This document shows, piece by piece, positions 49,430 to 62,689 of a stretch of 64,000 nucleotides of DNA. The notes below the pieces were generated by a model. That model had not been told where the DNA came from. It made no database searches and saw only the letters and a list, made by a program, of their open reading frames with translations. How positions within the stretch are numbered: the first letter of the stretch is position 1; each line of letters starts with the position of its first letter. Where the stretch lies: assembly GCA_047495785.1 (NCBI GenBank), contig JBLDXI010000025.1, positions 310,001-374,000 of the forward strand, written 5' to 3'. Origin of the DNA: Lepidodermella squamata. Taxonomy: Eukaryota > Animalia > Gastrotricha. Position numbers and translations under genes: made by a program.

Positions 49430-51002
49430 ATGTTAATATTCTATCCAATGCAGGAAACAGTGCAACTGCAATCAGTGCACGAGATATGTTACAAGTTACA
49501 AAGACGCTGGAAATCTTATCCCACTATTTGCTGCGACTGAATACGAGACTGTAAACGATCAGTAACGCTTGTGCGTTGTGCGATATGAATAACGATTCTT
49601 ATTGCTCATTGATGCAATGCGCCAACATCGAACGGCAGGTTCAACATTTCTCGCCTACCCAATTATCAACGCCAACGCGAAGCAGCGCTCCTTCCTCGTC
49701 AAAGCATCTGCAAAGTGTGAAGCGTAAAGAAAAATAATGTCTCCTCGATACTCGGTAACTAGCGAAAACGTGTTTTTATCTGAGTTGGGCTGATTAAAGC
49801 TCGGACAACTTCCTACACATGCGTCAATCACAATGCGAGCTGAGCTTGAGATTCGGGATAAGATACAACGTCCATGAGTATGAAATATGGATAACCTAAT
49901 GTTTAAATATTATTAACGAAATAAGCGATTGAGCGTCTACACTCTTCATAAGAAAGGCGAAGGCATGAAAGCTAGAATTAGCCGCCTGCTTACGCTGCGC
50001 TCAGATTTGAAAATATTATGATTATAATGATAAATAAAAAACTAATCAATAGCCAGCTACCAACTCCGTCATATTTCGTCTTTATAATGCCTCGGAATGA
50101 TACTCGATCATTGATACTCCATCAGTGTACAAAGATTTTTTAGGTTTAACACAGCAGTGCTCATTTATTAATTCTAAAACATGCACAGTCCGAATCATAG
50201 ATGACAAATTCAAAAATTGCTACGCGATCAACAAGCTACAATGAATCGTAATTTTGCTATTTAGGCATCTATACTTTACGAAAAGAACCCTATTTTTGTT
50301 AACCACCAGTCACCAGTGCGACAGCTCCCGCCTCCTTCAACCTGACCGTGCGACCAGTCCCTGCAAAGTAGTTGCACTTTGACACTGAAAAGTATCAATT
50401 CGTAGAATGATGGAGCTCATAATACGAAAAGGTAAGCTATTATTTTCAGGAGTCCATTTCATAGTTTATCCTATGGTAAAACTAGTTTTCTATAGTGCTG
50501 TGAGTACGCTAGATATGACATCGCGCACGATATATCTATCAACGCCACATGTGCCTATCGGCTTTGTTTATGTATGTTTCCAAACGTTTTTTTTTATTTA
50601 TTTTCATCAGAATGCGTCCGATATCATAATCTGCTTCAATGTCAAATCTTATCTGCACGTTCACGTGTTTCTACCATTGATGGGAAATGTGAAGTAATTC
50701 ATCAGGGAGGAAATAGCGTGACAGCTGACAAACAACATCCGAGAGTAGCATCAGCAAAACAATGCGATGTGCATCTCATGGGCGTTTCCTTAACCCTTAA
50801 CCCAAGACAGCTTATCGAACATCTCGGACTCGACGGACAAACGATATGTGCTATGTGCTATGATTTGTGAATTGTGAATATTTTCTAGCCAGATTAGCAA
50901 AAATAAGGGCAAGCGCTTGGTTTGAAATCGTCTTCAAGGTTGAATGGTACAATTTCGCGCATAGAAAATTGGACATTTCAATCCACGTCACATGCGCCGT
51001 CG

Positions 51003-53346
51003 TCAATTACGATAAGAATTATCGCTACTCTTCGGGAAAAAAAATCCGATCACTATTGCAACGCTGGCCAAGTTCATGACAGATATAACGATTCTCTGAT
51101 CGTCTTGGTCACTGAAAATCGCCCCAGCTATGACAACCCCGGCTACAAGGAGCAGCACGATCCCGTAGAAGCATCTGACTACCTTTTGCAAATCAGTAAC
51201 GGCTTCAATCTTAATCTGGAAACACAAATTGTTAAACAAGTACACTTATGGATAATTTGAACTCACGTTTCTTAGGACGAAAGCTAAGAAGGTTCCTCGT
51301 AAGACCAGAACCGTCAAGGCTGAACAAAACAGTCCGATGATGATGCTAGCTGTTAATCCCAGGCGGTATAGATGAATAGTATCCCTGTAAGCAATTGAAT
51401 TGTCCTCTGTCGATCGTTCCGGCTCTCCTTTCATCTCATAAGTTTCCACTGGGTTCACTGTGAACCAAACCAAGAGCAACACCAGGCTGATCGATAGGAG
51501 CACGCCGACAGATATGTACAATCTCCTCATACTAGCTTTCATTGTCATCTCCTTCGTTCGGGAAGATATTTTACTTGCTTTTGATTTTTGAGAGTAAGTA
51601 CTAATGACGGTTATAATGTCGCCATTCCTCTTTTACCGCCTTGCGCTTGAATCTGGATAAGTGCGCTTATGTTTGCGACTTCTAGCTTCAATATTAGCCC
51701 CAGCAATACAAATTCAACGCCAAAAAGTAGAAAAGAGAACGAGGCCATGTGGTGAGCGGCCATTTTCTCAACGGAAACTTGCGGTAAAACCAAGTTTGAA
51801 ATCATAAGAAAAGCGCTTCCGACAAACTGAAATATTGAAGCTCCAGAAGATTTCCAACGAACCGTCGAATAAATTGATAGAATCAGAGAGATTGCGAATC
51901 CTATTGAGCTGAACACTGTTATTGCAACATACGCATCAAAGGAGAGCAGCGGCGGTACAACATCGATGATTCTCATTGAATCTAAGGGAGCTAAACCTGT
52001 TTTCGTTTGCCACTTCATTTTACCGGGCAATAAGTCCACTTGTCGACGACGACTGTTGAATATAGCGATTGGTAACAGGTTCAAGTTTAGAGCTCCTGAA
52101 ACAGGCTGGTACTGGAAAACTCCGGAAATCACATTGCCACCTGTATTCAGAGTGGTTTCTCTCTCGAAGCCGATATCTCCAATTTTGCTGGAGATTCTGG
52201 TAGAAAACAGGGCGCCTTTCATTTTCGCTACTATCGAAGATCCATTGGTCCGAAATCTCTCGCTGTTAGTGAGCACGTCTGACAGGGATTGGTTTTCTTT
52301 TCCAAGTAGTTCCTGAGTAGCATTGAGTACATGGGCCGCTAATAAAACACTGTCGTAGCAGTAATGGCGCAGTGACCACCCACTCCGCGTTTGAGGATTG
52401 TCAATTCGAGCTAACAATGTTTTATCGAAATCTGATGCGGAATTCCCGAAAGAGTCTATCGCATCCATTTGATCAAGCGCCATCATGCTCGAGTATCCGA
52501 GGACAATGAAACTTTGCAAAACCTCCCTCAGCATGGTCTCAGTGCACCAAGGGGAGAATCTTAACGGATCATTCGGGTTGAACGCGGTAAGGGTTGATGC
52601 AAAAATGACGTAGTTAGGCCCGAAGAGTTTGTAACGATGGAGCCAGCACGCGATTCGAACAGATGAAGCTGAGACTAGCATGATGATTCTATGATCGCTC
52701 TTACTCATCTCTTCAACAGCTCCGCGAATGCTGTCAGAATCTGGTAGAGGGCCGTTGGGTAGCGGAATTTTGTACAGCCCAGATAAAGTGATGTTGTACC
52801 TCTTCTCGATGAGGCTAATGAAGCTGCTGTTGGAAATCAGCGTCGCGTCCTTTATCTCTGAAATTATTGCCAGTTTGCGCCAGTTCAACGCGGACATTAG
52901 CGCTGCGATAGATACTTGAGTTTCGTAAAGGGATGGTGACGTCACGAAAAAGTTTTGATAACGCGTTCGTCTGGTAAATATTTATAGCGGAACAGTGAAT
53001 GGTGCGAACTGGAGCAAAAAGAAGAAAATTGGGATTTCCTAATATAATTATATTTTATAACAGTTTTAGGGTGTCTGCTGTGTTCATATTCTAATATAAA
53101 CAGTTAATGCTATTCACTCGTGGTGGAATCAAACTACAGCGATGATAATAGGGAGTATATAGGTCTGATCGATTGAATATGTAACTAAATGCAACTCACG
53201 CTGAGAACATTGAAATGTTGCAGAGTTTGAGCTAGACCGTAGTGAACCGAACAAGAAGCAAACAGATAGATAGGTAGGCGGTCGCTGGCGAATTCGTTCG
53301 CCGACATTTCCGCGAAGAACTTGCGCATAGCTATTGGTTCGTTGCA
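51003..53346 (-). pseudogene. Class C GPCR (GABA-B-like), clade B copy 4, disabled and 5'-truncated
   Basis: TAA at 52982-52984 where paralogs have GAA; 1-nt deletion in an A run at about 51631-51634; no exon 1 found upstream of the exon 2 acceptor at 53347-53348. Confidence 0.85.
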
Positions 53347-54460
53347 CTTTTAACTCATCGTGGGATGGGTATTCATCATCCGGGTTTCTTTAAGGGGGTT
53401 TTTCCGGGCGTGTGTGTTTTGTCTGAAGTGCGTGTGTGTTTTGTGAGTGCATGTCTGGGAAACAGTCTGCCAAGTCTTTTGAGATTGTAAATGTGGGCAG
53501 ATAAGCAATCGCCAACGTGGGGACTTTAGAATCGGAAACTTCACATCATAACACTTGTTAAGGAATAGTGCGATAATGCCTTTTTATGTGCATGATAGAG
53601 ATAGAGTGGCCTTAGATGCACTTAAGGTGCTATATTGCAGGCAAGCTTCGCAGCGGAATTTTTTATCTAGCTTCATATTCGAGTCATTCCGTCACATCGG
53701 ACATTGGGCGTCTGAGGATTGCAATACAGGTTAAGAGCACTGTGATTCAAGATTGATTCGAATGTCGGTGCATTCCATTCCATGGCTTGTTCGAGTTTTT
53801 ATTCCTTCCTGACCATCTTAGCATTATGGTGCTCTCGGTTCTCAATTCCTAAAACAGAGTAATTGAATCAAAACGAGACTTGGGCTTTGAACACCCTGAC
53901 GCTCCAACTCCCGAGTTAATTTGCGATCACAGTGCGTTATGGCAACTGTTTTCATTTCCTAGTATACAAAAATAATTATTGATTGCACATTGAAAAACTC
54001 TTTTGTGAGCCCACATTATATTTTTTGTCACTATTAGGATTTTTTCAGCAAGAACACAGTTGAAATGGAGCGTGAGAAACTTGCACACATCATCATGTTA
54101 CGCGTTGCATTTTTGACACTTTTTTTAGCATTGTAGTTCTCACACGGTGTATCGAATCGACGTCAATAAGAGATGCCGGGCAAAAGTTAAAATTACAAGC
54201 CACACCTGGGCGAAAAAAATCACCACCCACCAACAGAATATGCCATATTTTCATCGACTACAATGGTCACAATGGAATGTTTTGAATTTAAGGTGGATGC
54301 CATTGTCAACCTGTCGAAACTAGGTCAGCCGATTTTTTTCACACCTTTTGACCTCTGTTCACACCTTATCACTTTATTCTATTGTGATTGGCATTCCTAA
54401 GCCGAAAACGCGGTATTTAAGCGATAGCTTCAGACTTGATATTTTGCTGCATTGAAAACC

Positions 54461-56947
54461 ATGATTTTACCTACATTAGCGGTTTCAGCTCTACTGAGCT
54501 TCGTTTCAGCTAAGCCAATCGATCCATCAGTTGGCGTTGGATCTTGCACAACTGCTGGCTGCGTCAAGGCTGCGGATTTCATTCTGAATAATCTGGATCT
54601 AACCGCCGACCCGTGTGAAGACTTCTACCAATTCGCCTGCGGTGGATTCGCTGATAATACGGTTCTTAAAGACGGCGCCGAGGAAAATGAACCAATGAGT
54701 GATGTTCTCGAAGATATGAAGCTGCGGGCACTCCAGGACTTTACAAAAACGAACGTCTCAAGCTTCTCCAATGCTGAGAGAAAGTTCTTGCTGTTCTTGC
54801 AATCTTGCAATGCTGGTGATGATCGCTTCGATGACACCGAATCCTCCGTCGCCTTCCTTCGCAACCTCGCTCGAGACACCGGCGGGCTTTTTATCAGCAG
54901 CGATGAAGTCAAGGTGCCGTTGGAATTCGTTCTACCAGCTACGCTGATCGACGGGCAAACTGCTTTCTTCTCAGTTAGCGTTGATGTGAATCCGGCGAAT
55001 GCTTCTGAATATCAGCTGTACGTTGGTCCAAGGACAACGCCAGTTTTCGGCGATAGTAAGCTCGTTCAAGATTTGATTGACAGCGACGAAGATAATGCAA
55101 CGCTGAACGACGCTAAAGAAATGTACGTCACTGAGATCACCAAGTTGTTCAAGACGATCATCCCCAAGAAGGACCGTTTCACAGTTTCTGACACCTATTT
55201 GAAAGATCTGGCCGAGTTCGAGGTCGAGCTCGCCAAGGTTAGTTCGAATGTACAAAAACCAAACTTTGTTGAGATATTCCGTCAACTTGCAGATTTCACC
55301 ACATAACGACGAGGAAGATGGCGATAAGGAGAATGACGATGTTGAGAGAGATAATTTCATCGAAGACAAGGAGGACAAATTTGATGAGCGTTTGGAGGAG
55401 CTGGAGAAAATAAGTCCAAATATCAAATGGCGGGAGTTTTTCCGAGCTTTGGGGGGCATCGCAGGCGTGGAATCGCTCAATTCTAAGGATCTTCGACTCT
55501 CTTTCCGCGGCAAGACCTACTTTCAACAACTGTCTCAACTCATTGACTCGACTCGCGCTAAACTCGGCAACGACCGCAGCAAACGAGTATTCCAAAACTA
55601 TGCAGTTCTGACAGCAATCGATGCCTACAGCGACGAACTTGCTTGTGACATAACGCAACCGTTATACCAGCTACAGGCCACTGCCCAGTCAATCGCCGAT
55701 TCTGACCGAATGGACGCCGAGGCGTACTGCGCACAAACGAAAGAGGACGCGCCATCTTGCGATGATTTGCTGCAAGAGCAATTCGGGGACCTCCTCATCG
55801 CGCGTCGCTTTGTGAAGCGGTACTTCTCAAAGGAAAACGTCGACTACCTTACGAATATGACTAATCTTGTGTTGGCTGAAATTCGCGACGCTCTTGACAA
55901 GGTGACGTGGCTGGACAGTAAATCAAAAGCCGCCGTCAAGCTGAAGATTGAAAAGATTCAATATTCAACGGGCTTCCCGTCAGATCTCTTGAGCGATGCT
56001 TTTGATAAGAGGTACGATGAACTGAGCATTCCAGGCCCCGATTTTGTCCACAACAAAAAAGCTCTCGACCAATTCAATAATGTGAGAATGTTGAAGAGGC
56101 TAAATGGTCCAGTTAACCGTCTCGAGGCGGTGTAAGTTTTACGAGCTATTTTTGAAGAATAATTTTCGAATTTTCATTAGCTGGCAAGGAGCCACTGTTC
56201 TGGAGCAAAATGCTTTCTACGATCCAACACTAAATACGTTTGCATTACTGGCTGGCTACTTCATCGCTCCGTCTTTCCGCTTTGATCTTCCCAGCGCTTG
56301 GAATTGGGGATTCCCCAGCCAAACTATTGGACACGGTTGGACTTACTTCTGATATTCATGTTGTTTGTTCAATTCGGTTTCGTAATAGAGGTCATGCATG
56401 GCTTCGACAGCAGTGGAGTTAGCTTCAATGCTTACGGTGAGGCAAAGCCAATTCTGGAAGCAGCGCCTCTTGCTAAATTCAAGGAGCAGCTAAAGTGTCT
56501 CATCGACCAGTTCCAAGCCATGCGTCCGAATGCGACTGGCTATGGCGAGGCCACCCTTGCTGAAAACGCGGCTGATAACGCTGGACTAAAGTTCGCCTAC
56601 GCAGCTTTCAAAAAAGCTTTCGGTGATGATGGCCTCAAGAGGTTCGAAGTCCCGGGCGTTCCGCTCAACAACAACCAGATCTATTTCGTCAGCAATGCGC
56701 AATCTTTCTGCCTAGCGGCCACAGAGGACGGGAAAGCTGCGTTACTTGAAGACGAGCATGCCTACGGACCGTGGAGGTGAAATTTTCATAAATACACTTT
56801 TCAATCAACAATATTCAACCTATTTTTTACAGAGTGAACGAGGGCATGAAGAACTTTGAACCATTCGCCACTGCTTTTAGCTGCCCGGTAGGTACGAAGA
56901 TGAACCCAGCAGGGTGGAAGCGCTGTGATGTTTGGGCAACCAATTAG
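54461..56947 (+). CDS. Secreted M13 family zinc metallopeptidase (neprilysin/ECE-like)
   Basis: Exons 54461-55237, 55293-56131, 56181-56335, 56389-56776, 56833-56947. Motifs C...C..AA..I..NLD..DPCEDFYQFACG, NAFY, HEVMH (split by an intron), ENAADNAG, DEH...WRVN, MNP...CDVW; cleavable signal peptide. Confidence 0.93.
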
Positions 56948-57444
56948 GATGATTCAACACTATAAAGACAACCAGTGAAATAAGACAAACATCTCTTATG
57001 ACAGACTTTAAGACTTTTTAGACAATCCGAACCCTGCTTTATCCTTTCGCAGCCTTCAGCGTGCAAAATTTGCAATAACACAATCTGCGTCTGTCTCTTT
57101 CAGTCCTTTGCCATGGCAACTGTCTTAAGACGTAGCAACGGTCTATTTTTAGCTCTTGCATGCACTTTGAAACCCGCTGTACTCCCTGTTACTTTACTTT
57201 CTAATACATCTTGGTTTGCGCCACGCTATTAAGATTAAAGTATGAAAGGAGTGTCAGTGATGTCAACACAGCTTTCTGATAGGAATGGCATGAAATTGTA
57301 CGTCGAAGCTTTTACCGCGCCACAACGTAACACGTGACACCTGACGCCATATTATAGCATGAGGTAGCGACACTGTTCTTAATAATGGTTGGGATAAATT
57401 CAAAGAAAAGTGTTCGTTGACAGATTCGAATGAGAAATTGTCAA

Positions 57445-60080
57445 TCACAAGCCTAAGTCGAATTGCTCAACTTGCTCAGTTCGACGTGGACGGAAAATCA
57501 GCCCAAGGTTGAGCGATACACATGCTAGATTCATCGCTCCGAGAGCCAATCGTTGTTTAGTTTGCTCTGTGAAAATAACTGCAGCGATGACAGCTCCAGC
57601 GGCCAGCAGTATGATCGTCCCATAAAAGCATTTAACTATAGATTTCGAGTCATTTATTCGTTCCAAGGAGACCTGAAAATGCAAAAGAGTATGTAATAAA
57701 GTTAGGATGCCACCTTTCAAACGAACCGATCGAACTGCGTAAGCTGAGAGTGAGCCTCGAAGGACCAGTATCACGAAAAGTGCACAAAATAACCCAATTA
57801 CAGCTTTGCTTAGATATGAATCAGCTACAGAACATTCGAAAATAACTTCTTCGTATGCGATTGAATTGTCCAGGGTTGAAAGCTGAGGTGGTCGAACGAT
57901 CATATTCATCTCATGGGGCTCGATAGAAAACCAAATGAGCAGAAGACAGATTAAAATAGCAGGAACACCCGAAATCGCGATTAGGGCATATTTATGCATT
58001 GAAATAAATTTTGCGTCAATGTTAACAGGTGGCAAAAATTTTCTGCTCGCTGAAGGAGCGTTCCTCGTTGTGGTTCTCCACGTTGTTGCTGGTCTCCAAA
58101 CATTTTTCCCAGGGCCACGAGTGAAATTAAGAGTGCTTAGCATTCCAAGGGTCCTACTCTTGGGCCGGGTGGCCATGCTTAGCACCATTGCAAGCTCCAA
58201 TTTACCCACCATGGCTGAGAACAGGAAAAATATTCCAAGAAATATCAGACCATAAGACGCCATGCATAATTCAGCAAAGCCTGCTTGATACCAAGGTAAT
58301 TGGACCAAATTAGAACACAGAAGTAGAAGATCACCCAGTAAAATGTAAAAATTCAGTTTGGGCAAAGAATTCGCGACCCGTGGAGATTTCCGACACGTCA
58401 GCAAGTGAAAAGCGGCAACTGTCGCTGCGAAAACCCCTAAGCTTGACAGGACTGTCACTGTGACATACCCCTCTGTCGAAATTAAGGGTAGCACGATCTG
58501 AACTAACCGTACGGAGTCTGGCGGAGCATTCCCACTAAGAGTGTTCCATTTCAGTTTTCCAGTTATCAACTCGATCTTTTTGAATTTTGTGTCAAATGTT
58601 GCAAATGGGATCGCTATTGGACTTGAGCTGTTGGGCAATAACTGAAGTTTGAAGTATCCGAAAATCACATTCCCGCCCGAGTTGAGAGTCGTATTTCGCT
58701 CGAAAGCGATATTCCCCGTCTTTGCTGTAACACGAGTCGCAAAAAGTGCTTCCTTCAATTTCTGGACAATGTGGCTTCCATTAGAAGCGAAATGCTTTCC
58801 AGAAGTCACCCAGTCGATCAAAGACTGGTTTTCCTGTCGCAGGAAAGTCTGTGTTGTGTTCAACACGTGGGCTGCTAGAAGCACGCTGTCGTAGGTGTAC
58901 TGGCGGATAGCCCAGCTATTTCTCGTCTGGGGATTATCTATATTCGACATGAGCATCGAGTCGAAATCGGAACCTGAATTCCCGAAAGAATCAACTAGAT
59001 TTCCAAACCCTAGGGCCATCGTGTTTGTACCATACCCGTACTGAATAACAGATTCCGCGACCTCTCGCAACATTGCCTCCGTGCACCAATCCCGGAACCT
59101 TAACGGGTCATTGGGTAGAAAAGGGGTAAGCATAGACACGAAAATAACGTAATTCGGCCCAAACAGCTGGTAACGATGTAGCCAGCATGCGACGCGAACC
59201 GGTGAAGCAGATCCGATGCTGATAATTCTCGGGTCGCTACGCTTTATCTCTTCCACTACGACGCGAATACTTTCGGAATCTGGCAGAGGCCCACTTAGCA
59301 GTGGAATTTTGTAAAACCCGCCCGATGTGGTGTTAAATTTGTCTTCCAGCAGCTTTTGCATGAAAATATCGCCAGCAAACAGTGAGTCTTTCATATCGGA
59401 AATTATAGCCAACTTTTTCCATCCCATCACTTCCATGAAAGATGTAATTGTTTCAGAGGAAATCGATAAGGCTGGCGAAACTACAAAGAAATTTTGGAAA
59501 CGGCTCCGCTGGGTGAAAGTATCGCCTGAGATGCTCCATTGAGCTAACTGAAGATAAGGTAATCAATTAAAATTAGGGGCATTGTAGCGTTCTTACACTG
59601 AGGAAGTTTTGATGTTGCAAGGTTTGTGCCGCGGTATAATGAACAGAACATGTTGGGTACAGAATAAGCGGGAAACGATTCAAAACTTGGTCATTCCGGC
59701 GCATCTCAGCGAAAAATCTCGTGGTCGCTATGGGCTCGTTGCACTAGATTTATTAGAATTAGCGAATGAGCTTCGATATCAAAGAGATGGCTTACAAAAT
59801 CATCGATTGGATCAAACGCAAGTTCGATTCCTGGAAGGAAATTAGGCTGTCTTTTGATGCTATCCAGGGCGTAGCGAATTCCCTCAGAGCATATCGGGCC
59901 TTGTGGATTGTTTGTTCCAGCAAAATTGCACGAAAGCAAAATACTAATAGTTGGTCGCGTCGTATCGTTCGCGTTGTACGATGGCGAGGTAACTCTCGAA
60001 GGGATCGTTATGTTCCAGAGTAACTTTGCCTCGACAATTGAAGGAAGGAGTAAGATGACAATAATCTGTACGAATTTCAT
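57445..60080 (-). CDS. Class C GPCR (GABA-B-like), clade A copy 2, intact
   Basis: Exons 60080-59796, 59743-59597, 59547-57727, 57672-57445; closest paralog of the 2876-5462 gene (shared QLLPNSSSPIAIPFATFDTK and NLVQLPWYQ). Confidence 0.9.
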
Positions 60081-61250
60081 TTTTCTTGTACTAGGACAAT
60101 ATTTCAAATAAGTTCGAAGAAACATCAATGCAATTTTCAAGAATAGACCCGACATCGGATGGGGTGGCTGTATAAAACTAAAAGCTTCCGTTTTCTAGAC
60201 TTTTCCAATCGTGTTACGATATGTCTTAGCGGGCAGTGTCCGAGTTTAAGAGCACGCCTGGCTTCTGGAATTCTGGCCATATTATGATGCACCCTTCAAG
60301 TCATATTATGAGCAAAGTCATCACATCCTCTGCGATGTCACTCAACCAAGCACTAAGCTACCTTCCCCTTCTCTGGCTTCCGGTGAACAACACAGTGGAC
60401 TCACGCCCTATTTTTTGAGTTGTTTGATTTTAGATTGTACTTTGTTTGAATCCGATCGATAACATGACAGTATAAATTACAAGTCGGAGATGAGCTCTAA
60501 AGATCCTTCAACGCCTTCGTCTTTTTCGATTTGAAATTTGTTCTATTCCATTCGCTTAAGCATCTAATGCCCATAGCTATTTTAATGACTTTGCACCTTG
60601 CCCCTTGCACCGTTTTTGCTTTTTGCTTGAGCGTAATGTTCCTTCAGGATGTAATAAAGTTAAAGACAGTCAATACCGAACAAGTTGAGCACAAAAAGTT
60701 GCAAACTTAAGGGAATGCAAAGTATCGTTGGCTAGCATTTCGAAATGATATAATATATTATATTCATTGAATGACCGGTGAACGTGTGGGAGAGATGTAG
60801 GAGGAATCAGGCGAGAGAGATGTTGCATCAAGAAAGAAGCAGACGACGTCTGTTGTCGGTAGTCGATAATCGCTAATGGCAGCTCAATGCACGTACGTGG
60901 GCTGAAAGATTTCTGCTCATCGTATGGGTGTGTTTTTCTAGTTTAAAAAATGAGTTATTACAGCAGCGATACAATTACAAATAGCAGAGGAAATTGTAAT
61001 TTGCCATCAGTTCTCATTTCTCATTTCCGTTACATAAAAAATGTGATAAACTAACAGACATCCCAACGTCTGAACGAATTGGTTGCTAACCGAAGGAGGG
61101 ACAATATTGATTATCGCCTCAGTCTTGCTGCGAGCCGCAACCTTTCGAGAGTGGCCCCTTCGGAGGGGTCGCCGAAGCAGAAGGTGACAAAATAACAGTG
61201 TCGATAATTTTTCAAGCCTTTAAAAGCTGCGTCATAAATAATAAAATTCA

Positions 61251-61348
61251 ATATCCGGGTGGATATCATAGGTGGATAGCACGATGGATATTGGCCTGAA
61301 GCCTGAAGGACGACTATCCATCGCCGTCCACTGATGACACCCGGATAT
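61251..61348. repeat. Short imperfect palindrome (MITE-like)
   Basis: atatccgggtg..gtgga..cgatggata is mirrored by tatccatcg..tccac..cacccggatat. Confidence 0.55.
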
Positions 61349-61458
61349 GGTTGTTATCCGGCGTCAAAAATCATCAAATCCGGATAAATAATAAAATCTT
61401 GAAATTTGTTCAACGCTAACCTGTTGACACCGATGAGACGCAGAAAATAGTTGTATAA

Positions 61459-62689
61459 CATTGTAGGCCGGGTTTCGTAAGGTCAAAGTACAAAGCATGA
61501 TTCTCGCTATTGAAATAATGCAGCTAGTTGTTAGAATAATTTTTCAAATTTTCCAGATTCTTCATATTATTGAAAAGTATCTTGAGAATGCTGGGTTATT
61601 TTAATAGTGGAATTTCTAAAATAGTTTGAAAAATCTGAAAAATTTGAAAAATAAGGCTACACATACGAATAAAAATGGTTGGGCTATTTTTGGAATTGAA
61701 CTTTGGCCAGACGACACGCGATTGATGACAGCGACCTATTTCCACTTTGACATCAAACCTTGACCTCGTCGTTTTTTTATCGTGTGCCGGATTAAGAGAA
61801 AGAAAAAACAAATGAAAAAATGTAATTTTAATACTCAAAACGCAGTTTTCTGCCTGGACGGTTTTACCCGTTTTACCAAGCATCAAAATTACCACTGGTG
61901 ATCCCCTCTGCCAAAAATAGCTGGTTAGTTGATAAGTGCGCCAATAATTATGGCGTGGGCGGGATGTGGTGTAACTGGGTTAAAGTCGATGACAAGTACT
62001 ACTAAGAATTCCTCAGCCAAACCAGAAAATTGAAATTTCACCACCCAATACTGATAAAAAGAAATATTCATGATCTTCCGGTCCTTTAAAAATTGTCATC
62101 CTATTCTCCGTTGATTTACTTTTTCATATTTCAAATCTCATTTCATATGTTGAATTTAAAAATTGCATGATTTGGGCAAATTTCAAGGAAAGAAAAATTT
62201 CCGGTTATCATGAAATATAATTTTCTGCTATGACCTATGACAGCGCGACTTTGGGAAAAATATCACGTTTCTTCTGGCCAATGTCCAACTCCAAAAATAG
62301 CTCAACAATTATTTACCATTGAACTTTGAACCAGTGAATTCCTGACAGGGCACGCGTTTGCTTGCTCGTCTTACTGAACTTACTAAACTTCAATTTTACA
62401 GGTTTAAGGGTTTAAATACTTTGTCCCTAAAAATGACTGAATATTGGCGCGAAAGTATCGAGGAAAGAAGCGTTTTTGAACTAGTTCAAAAACTCAAAGC
62501 ACTCGCCGTCCAGTTTCTTTCAAAATTTGAAAATATATATCGCGTGCTGTCTGGTTAAAGTTCATTCTATAATTAGATTAGATATTATTTCTTGAACACC
62601 CTGTATAACGTTACAGAGTAGTGCTAGTTTTAACCGGCATGCGCTATTTTTAGGGTTGTACTTTGACCCTGCAAACCCGGCCTACAATG
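61459..62689. mobile_element. Non-autonomous TIR DNA element (about 1.2 kb), superfamily unassigned
   Basis: Imperfect about 34-bp TIRs: CATTGTAGGCCGGGTTTcgtaaGGTCAAAGTACAA and TTGTACTTTGACCctgcAAACCCGGCCTACAATG; non-coding AT-rich interior. Confidence 0.75.

Noticed and set aside
50400-50900. Cys-containing ORFs between GPCR copies
   Set aside because: No consistent exon structure or recognisable domain.
61325-61375. CTGATGA followed by a hairpin, resembling a hammerhead ribozyme core
   Set aside because: No GAAA after the stem and no stems I/III; explained by the local palindromic repeat.
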